DNA from: an uncultured delta proteobacterium
GTDB taxonomy: Bacteria; Desulfobacterota; Binatia; Binatales; Binataceae
Length of the DNA: 64,000 nucleotides
Direction of reading: 5' to 3'
NCBI GenBank assembly: GCA_963808235.1
Contig: CAWEEQ010000002.1
Location: 179,496 to 243,495, forward strand
A program made the translations under genes and the position numbers. Under the pieces are notes generated by a model. The model was not told where the DNA came from and ran no database searches. It saw nothing but the letters and a program-made list of their open reading frames with translations. Numbering within the stretch: the first letter of the stretch is position 1; each line of letters opens with the position of its first letter. Of this stretch, positions 58,744 through 64,000 are shown in pieces.

Positions 58744-59041
58744 TTAGCCCGCAGGACCGGCCAAATAGGACTTAGACGAACGCAATCCAAGCCAATATCG
58801 ATAATCCCTAAGGCGGAAACGCGAAGGTCAGCGCAACCCCACTAAGCGTTGCGAGTAGCAGCCTGGCTAGTGCCGATCTGCGGAGCGTCAAATGGTTCTC
58901 GTCCGAGAGGCTGCTGAACAAGCGCAAGACCAGGTGGCGACCACCTTCATAGTGCACTGCCAACGCTCGAGGAGTCCCCAAGCTCAGGCTCTGACAGCTG
59001 ATTTCGCTCGGCATCGGTTGTCGATGCTCTTCGGGGAGATT

Positions 59042-59611
59042 TCACTTGGCAAGAAAGAAGAAATACGACGCAGCCAAGACAAAACCCAAGAATAGCGTTC
59101 GCAACTCCCATGCGAGCGCGCGATATTTCCGATCACATACCTTGGCCAAGTCATAGCAGTGCCCAAGCTTTTCGCTGATTAGTTCGTCATTGGGAAGCGC
59201 CTTAACCTCCTTGACATACGAGTCGCGGGAGCCAAACTGTACGATTGCTCTGAAGAAGATAAGATCGGTGCCGCCCCTACCAAGTCTCGGAGTGACAACG
59301 CCGAGGCCAATCACGCATGCGATCCCAAGTATCGTCATCGCTAGAATGCCAACAACATCGCTCAAGGCCCAGGAGGCAAGAGGCGACGCCAGATGTTTCT
59401 GCATACTGTTAAAGAGCAGGTACAGAACGGCCGCGCTTGCTCCAAAAAAGAAGGCAGCCTTCTCATCCGCGAGACGGATGTGGTCGACAATGTACGATTG
59501 AGTTTCAGCCGCGAATCTAGCGCGGACATTCTCAGGCTCGGGCGTGGCAGGTGTCGTCGGAGGCGAATCAGCGTGACCTTGATCCGATACTCTGGTGTCG
59601 GATTCCCCCAT
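59042..59611 (-). CDS. Pycsar effector-like 3-TM protein (DUF5706/PycTM)
   Basis: IRLADEKAAFF, TM2 ending VTPRL, LIFFRAI, LAKVCDRKYRAL, terminal TM. Confidence 0.8.
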   Translation of the reverse strand: MGESDTRVSDQGHADSPPTTPATPEPENVRARFAAETQSYIVDHIRLADEKAAFFFGASAAVLYLLFNSMQKHLASPLASWALSDVVGILAMTILGIACVIGLGVVTPRLGRGGTDLIFFRAIVQFGSRDSYVKEVKALPNDELISEKLGHCYDLAKVCDRKYRALAWELRTLFLGFVLAASYFFFLAK

Positions 59612-60248
59612 CTTCCATTCCCGCGCCGACGGTTAACGCATTTTACCAAGGCTCTCTACCACGACCATTGAGAGATCCACAAGGAGCTGAAACTTACGCG
59701 CGTGTATCGAACGAGTCTCCGGGCCTTAAGATCGGCTGCCCTTTTTCAATCGAAAATTATCAGGTTTCGAATTCCGGTATCTTGTGCTGATTTCGCTATC
59801 ACCTTGCATTTCGGCGGAGGCCATATCGGCGAAGACGCGCTTGTCAGGATTGGATGCACAAAGCGAAGCCGTAACGGCGGGCTGTTCTTCATATACCACT
59901 CCATGATCACTATCGAATACCGCAAAACCTGGCAATGGCTAGAAAGCGATTGCATTGCGCGAGCCTTGCGCCTTTTATCTCAGCAAATGAGCCTCGGGGG
60001 CGCAGTGCCTCTCAGGAGGCGCCGCGCCGGTTCTGACCGGAGTATGACGGGAGAGACGCGAAAGCGGCCCCCAAAAAACACTGAAAAGCAAGCGGGAATT
60101 AGGGATACGAAAAAAGCCTTCAAAACGACAGAGCTGAAGATGCCCGATATTGTTGGGCTTTTTTCAATACTTACACAGAAACTTACGCACTTTCACACTT
60201 GATGGAAATAAAGCCAATAAGACAAAGGATTTTTCTCTATAATCAAAC

Positions 60249-60308
60249 GACTTAAAATTCTCGGGTGGTTATCCCACCGTGCGGGTTCGAGTCCCGCCCC
60301 CGGCACCA
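60249..60308 (+). tRNA. tRNA-Leu(TAA) 3' half with CCA; rightmost att site
   Basis: GACTTAAAATTCTCGGGTGGTTATCCCACCGTGCGGGTTCGAGTCCCGCCCCCGGCACCA. Confidence 0.85.
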
Positions 60309-60471
60309 CGAACTCGACCCGCTTTCACACGATGGAAGCGGCGCATCAGAACATCCAGAACAAATCCGGCGAACTCACAAAACTGATGCAGCGGCTCCGC
60401 CAGGATTCCGTAACCACAGAAATTCTCGACCTGATAAGTGGTTCCGAGGCAATCGCTTCAAGCAGGGACGG

Positions 60472-61125
60472 ATGCTGACGAGAGAAAAGGTTCGAGCCTT
60501 CTACGATCGGTTCGGTGCGCTGCAAGACCGGCAAGGGTTCTATGAAGATATAGCGACGCGCGATCTTGTAACGCACGCAAATTTTGAACAGGCCAGGGCG
60601 GTCTTCGAGTTCGGATGCGGCACGGGACGATTTGCGGCGGACCTCCTGTCTCATCGTCTGGCTGAGAATTCCAGCTACATGGGCTCCGATCTGAGCACGA
60701 CCATGGTCGGCATCGCGCGCCGGCGCTTGGCACAATTTGGCGCGCGCGCCCATGTACAACTGACCGATGGGGCGCTCCATTTGGCCGCGTTAGACGCCAC
60801 CTTCGATCGGTTCGTATCGAACTATGTGCTCGACCTCTTGCCCGCGAACGACGTTGCGACACTGCTCGCGGAAGCCCACCGCGAGCTCACGGCGGACGGA
60901 CGGTTGTGTCTCGTCAGTGGGACGCATGGAGTGACGGCGGTGTCGCGGTTCGTGTCGTCGGCGTGGGCGCGTCTGCACCGCTTGAGGCCGGCTCTCGTGG
61001 GAGGCTGTCGGCCTATCGAACTTTTGGACTTCCTCGACGAACACGATTGGGAGGTTGAGTATCGGAACATTGTGATCGGTTTCGGTATTCCATCGGAGGT
61101 CGTGGTAGGGCGCAAGCACTGCTGA
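60472..61125 (+). CDS. Class I SAM-dependent methyltransferase
   Basis: VFEFGCGTG, DLSTTM, FDRFVSNYVLDL, GGCRPI. Confidence 0.85.
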   Translation: MLTREKVRAFYDRFGALQDRQGFYEDIATRDLVTHANFEQARAVFEFGCGTGRFAADLLSHRLAENSSYMGSDLSTTMVGIARRRLAQFGARAHVQLTDGALHLAALDATFDRFVSNYVLDLLPANDVATLLAEAHRELTADGRLCLVSGTHGVTAVSRFVSSAWARLHRLRPALVGGCRPIELLDFLDEHDWEVEYRNIVIGFGIPSEVVVGRKHC

Positions 61126-61185
61126 AGGTATTTGGGTTTTGTGGCTGCTTTCTGAAGCCTGGACCAGCGATCCAACCTTCCGCCC

Positions 61186-61258
61186 AAAGATGAATCAGTT
61201 CAGTTTTGTTGACGCACCACGCCGATCGGCGTTATAAATAATGAATGGATTCATCTTT
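61186..61258 (+). promoter_or_regulatory. Sigma70-like promoter flanked by inverted operator repeats
   Basis: TTGACG at 61209, TATAAA at 61233; AAAGATGAATC (61186) and GATTCATCTTT (61248). Confidence 0.6.
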
Positions 61259-61919
61259 AGACACACGGACCGTCGGGCTCCGCGACCGGCAGAAGCTGGA
61301 GCGTGAGCGCCGTATCGTTAAGGCGGCCGAGAAATTGTTTGCCAGGAAGGGCTACGTCGAAGTCGCGATGGAAGATGTAGCGGCCCGCGCAGGCCTCGCA
61401 GTCGGCACTATCTACAACTACTTTCCGTCCAAGTCCGCGTTGCTGCTGGCAATCGTCAGGCGTGAATCGGAATCGTTGCTTGCGCGCGGAAGAAAAATCC
61501 TTGACCACCCGCCCCCTGACCCGGTGGCGGCCGCGTGCGCGTTCACTGGAATTTTTCTCGACGACCTCACGCGTGACGACCGGCGGCTGTGGCGTGAACT
61601 GTTCGGCGCGGCGATTGCGGATCCGTCCGTCGTGGGGCGTCGACTATTCGAAGGCGATGCGCAACTCGTATCGCAACTCGCTTCGCTGCTTGAGCACTAC
61701 GGGACCTGTGGCGTTCTAGCATCAGATCTGGAACCCATTCCAGCGGCGACGGTTCTATACGGCGTCTGCTTCACCTGGATGACCGCTTATCTGATGAATG
61801 ATGCGATCAGCGCCGAGATGGTGCGCAACGAAATTCGCCGCGGCACCATGATCGCCATGCGGGGCTTGTTTCCACGCACCCGACCAATCTCAACTACCAG
61901 CGGAGGTGCCGGACTATGA
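61245..61919 (+). CDS. TetR-family regulator
   Basis: LRDRQK...LFARKGY...VAARAGLAVGTIYNYFPSK. Confidence 0.93.
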   Translation: MDSSLDTRTVGLRDRQKLERERRIVKAAEKLFARKGYVEVAMEDVAARAGLAVGTIYNYFPSKSALLLAIVRRESESLLARGRKILDHPPPDPVAAACAFTGIFLDDLTRDDRRLWRELFGAAIADPSVVGRRLFEGDAQLVSQLASLLEHYGTCGVLASDLEPIPAATVLYGVCFTWMTAYLMNDAISAEMVRNEIRRGTMIAMRGLFPRTRPISTTSGGAGL

Positions 61920-62287
61920 TCGAAATGGTCGAAGGCTTTCCCGACAACGTTGTGGGAATTCTGGCCAAGGGAGAAGTGACCAGAAAGGACTACCTGGAGG
62001 TGGTGATACCGGCAGTAGAAAAGGGGCTAAGACGAAATGCCAAGGTGCGGCTTTACTACGAACTTGGTTCGGAGTTCACCGGAATCGACTTAGGCGCCGA
62101 GTAGGAAGACTTCAAAATCGGAATCGAGCACCTTTCAAGGTGGGAACGGGTGGCCGTCGTGACCGATGTCGCCTGGATAAGACATGCGGTGAACGCTTTT
62201 CGATTTCTGATGCCCGGAGAATTTCGCGTCTTCACTACCGGTCAGACATCAGAGGCTAGAAAATGGATCGTCGCGACACAGAACTGA
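61916..62287 (+). pseudogene. SpoIIAA-like (STAS/SEC14) protein with an amber stop at 62102
   Basis: GEVTRKDY...DLGAE-TAG-EDFKIG...WERVAVVTDVAWI...EARKWI; TAG sits at a usual Trp position. Confidence 0.8.
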
Positions 62288-62314
62288 TGCCGATCCGAGT
62301 TCAAAGGAGGAGCA

Positions 62315-63323
62315 ATGACTCCCGATGACTATATTCCGAATCAGTGGTACCCGATCTTTGACAGCTCGAAGTTGAGACGACGCAAACCCGTCGGCATCAT
62401 GCGCTTAGGTGAGCGGCTGGTGTTGTGGCGCGACAGTAGCGGCACTGCGGTATGCATGGCGGACCGATGTTCTCATCGCGCGGCGCAACTTAGCCTCGGA
62501 TGGGTGCGCGACGATTGCCTGGTATGCCCATTCCACGGACTGCGCTTCGATAATAACGGCCGATGCGTAATGATTCCCGCCAACGGTGAGAGCCAGCCGG
62601 TGCCGCGCGGCTTCGACCTGCCGACGCGACAGATCCGCGAGGCGCATGGTCTCATCTGGTACTGGTACGGTGAATCCGCACCGGCCGCGGAAATCCCGTG
62701 GTTTCCCGAAGCGCCGGATCCAAGTCCGCGAACCAGCTTCGTGCAGCGCGACTATCCCGTCTCATACCTGCGCGTGATGGAGAACCTCGGTGACATGCAT
62801 CACGTGCCGTTCGTTCATCGAGCCACTATCCCCGGTGCAGGAAGTCGCGTCGAAGTGCAGGAAGCGCGGCTCGACGACGCTGTCATTCGAATGAAGGTCT
62901 CGCTGCATCACGAACGATCCGGCTGGATGCGGACGACTTACAACTTCACTTATGCCATCCGCTTACCTACCCTCGCGACGATTGAGGTCGCCCGAGGGAT
63001 ACAGTTTGTCGCCAGCGCGACGCCGATCGATCGCGACCATACGTGGCTGTGGGCGCGATACGGACAAGACTATATTCCAGGCTGGCTGGGCGGCAGAGTC
63101 ATCGCGCGGCTGGCTGCGAAGTTCGACCTTGAGCTGGTATTCACGCATCAGGACATGCGGATGCTCGCGAGTCAGCAACGCAACAACCTGAGATTTTTCA
63201 ACCTATCGCCTGTTCGAGGCGGATCGCGCGATCGCTTTGTATTTTGGCCTGCGCAAACAGACAATAGAGAACGCACATTCGCGGCTCAGTTCAATCAAAC
63301 CGCGCAGCGCTGCGGGCGAGTGA
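62315..63323 (+). CDS. Rieske non-heme iron oxygenase alpha subunit; probable frameshift near 63195
   Basis: DRCSHR...CPFHG, ENLGDMHHVPFVH, QD; the tail YRLFEADRAI is in another frame. Confidence 0.88.
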
Positions 63324-63497
63324 CACGGTCGGCGCGATGGTGAAGTGTGCGTCGCTGGGTGTGAAGGAACGTACGCCGCAGTCCGCTGAATACTCAAACC
63401 ACAGCGCATCGTTCATCGAGAATCCGATCTTCGCGATCTGATGCCCTTGCTCGATATCAGCTGCACAGAATTCCCGATGCCGACGGCATCTGAAACA

Positions 63498-63713
63498 CTA
63501 GCCCTTCTGACGACTCAAAAAGGCGCTGAAGCGTTGGCCGCAGAACCAAGCACCTATTACGTAGCTAATGAGCAAAACCGTGAGAACGTCCAGCATCCAG
63601 CCGACTCCGAGCCATCGCGTGAGCAGCAACAGACCGACGATTGACGCTACAACGACATAGTCGACTACGATTGCCGTTAGACCACCCAGTCCCATTGCGA
63701 CATTTGCTTTCAT
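63498..63713 (-). CDS. Small membrane protein
   Basis: Two hydrophobic segments. Confidence 0.45.
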   Translation of the reverse strand: MKANVAMGLGGLTAIVVDYVVVASIVGLLLLTRWLGVGWMLDVLTVLLISYVIGAWFCGQRFSAFLSRQKG

Positions 63714-63848
63714 CTTTGTGTCCTATAGATAAGACGCGAAAGCACTGTCAGAGTTTCAATGCAACGGTGCCAGGATGTCGGGATACGTCTGTGCGCGATT
63801 CCTCGACTACTGAAGGTTCCTTTAATGCTTTAGGCTGGCATGGTCTAA

Positions 63849-64000
63849 TTATTCGACGACCGCTTCGCCACCTTGCGGCACGCCGGTTTTGGGCAATAGG
63901 AACAAGAACGGTAGTACCGCAATCAGCATCACCGCCATCAGCCAGAAACAATCGTTGTAGGCCATCATCGTCGCCTGGTTGTTGACAATCTGGCTGAGCA
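63849..64000 (-). CDS. C-terminus of a DHA2/EmrB-type MFS efflux permease (partial)
   Basis: IVNNQATMMAYNDCFWLMAVMLIAVLPFLFLL. Confidence 0.75.
   Translation of the reverse strand, partial: LSQIVNNQATMMAYNDCFWLMAVMLIAVLPFLFLLPKTGVPQGGEAVVE

Larger units (their letters stand above)
50225..60308. mobile_element. Genomic island 2 (about 10 kb, no integrase seen)
   Basis: Between two tRNA-Leu 3' halves; ACTTACAC-like repeats at 60169-60200. Confidence 0.6.

Noticed and set aside
59612-60160. Cognate PycC cyclase upstream of the Pycsar-like effector
   Set aside because: No cyclase motifs seen in the minus-strand frames.
62102-62104. Pyrrolysine or amber recoding
   Set aside because: The position corresponds to a usual Trp (TGG to TAG), and TAG is used as a normal stop elsewhere in the window.

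Overview
This is a GC-rich bacterial window; its gene families suggest a soil lineage such as Ca. Binatota (inference only). Core-like genes flank it: GST, a rhodanese selenoprotein, an OPT transporter and a NiCoT transporter on the left; a methyltransferase, TetR, a Rieske oxygenase and an MFS pump on the right. About 56 kb in between is accessory DNA built at tRNA attachment sites: a tRNA-Val 3' remnant beside an AbiE toxin-antitoxin pair, then tandem islands delimited by three tRNA-Leu(TAA) remnants (6445, 50225, 60249), none of them a complete tRNA. Island 1 (about 44 kb) holds five things. (1) Gene blocks separated by a ~210-bp repeat that begins with a tRNA-like 3' end. (2) A phage-satellite-like core (integrase, xis, rep, ParB-MTase, terS, no structural genes). 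(3) A tightly coupled four-part operon: DNA methyltransferase, MORC-type GHKL ATPase/histidine kinase, receiver protein and ComEC-like metallo-beta-lactamase. This is my best candidate for an undescribed phosphorelay-controlled defence system. (4) A lipoprotein/patatin gene cluster and a deiodinase-like selenoprotein with two in-frame UGAs. (5) A signal-peptide-bearing RHS polymorphic system. Island 2 (about 10 kb) holds two class III cyclase-NTPase-TPR proteins facing an orphan Pycsar-type membrane effector. All calls come from motif recognition by eye; no searches were run.
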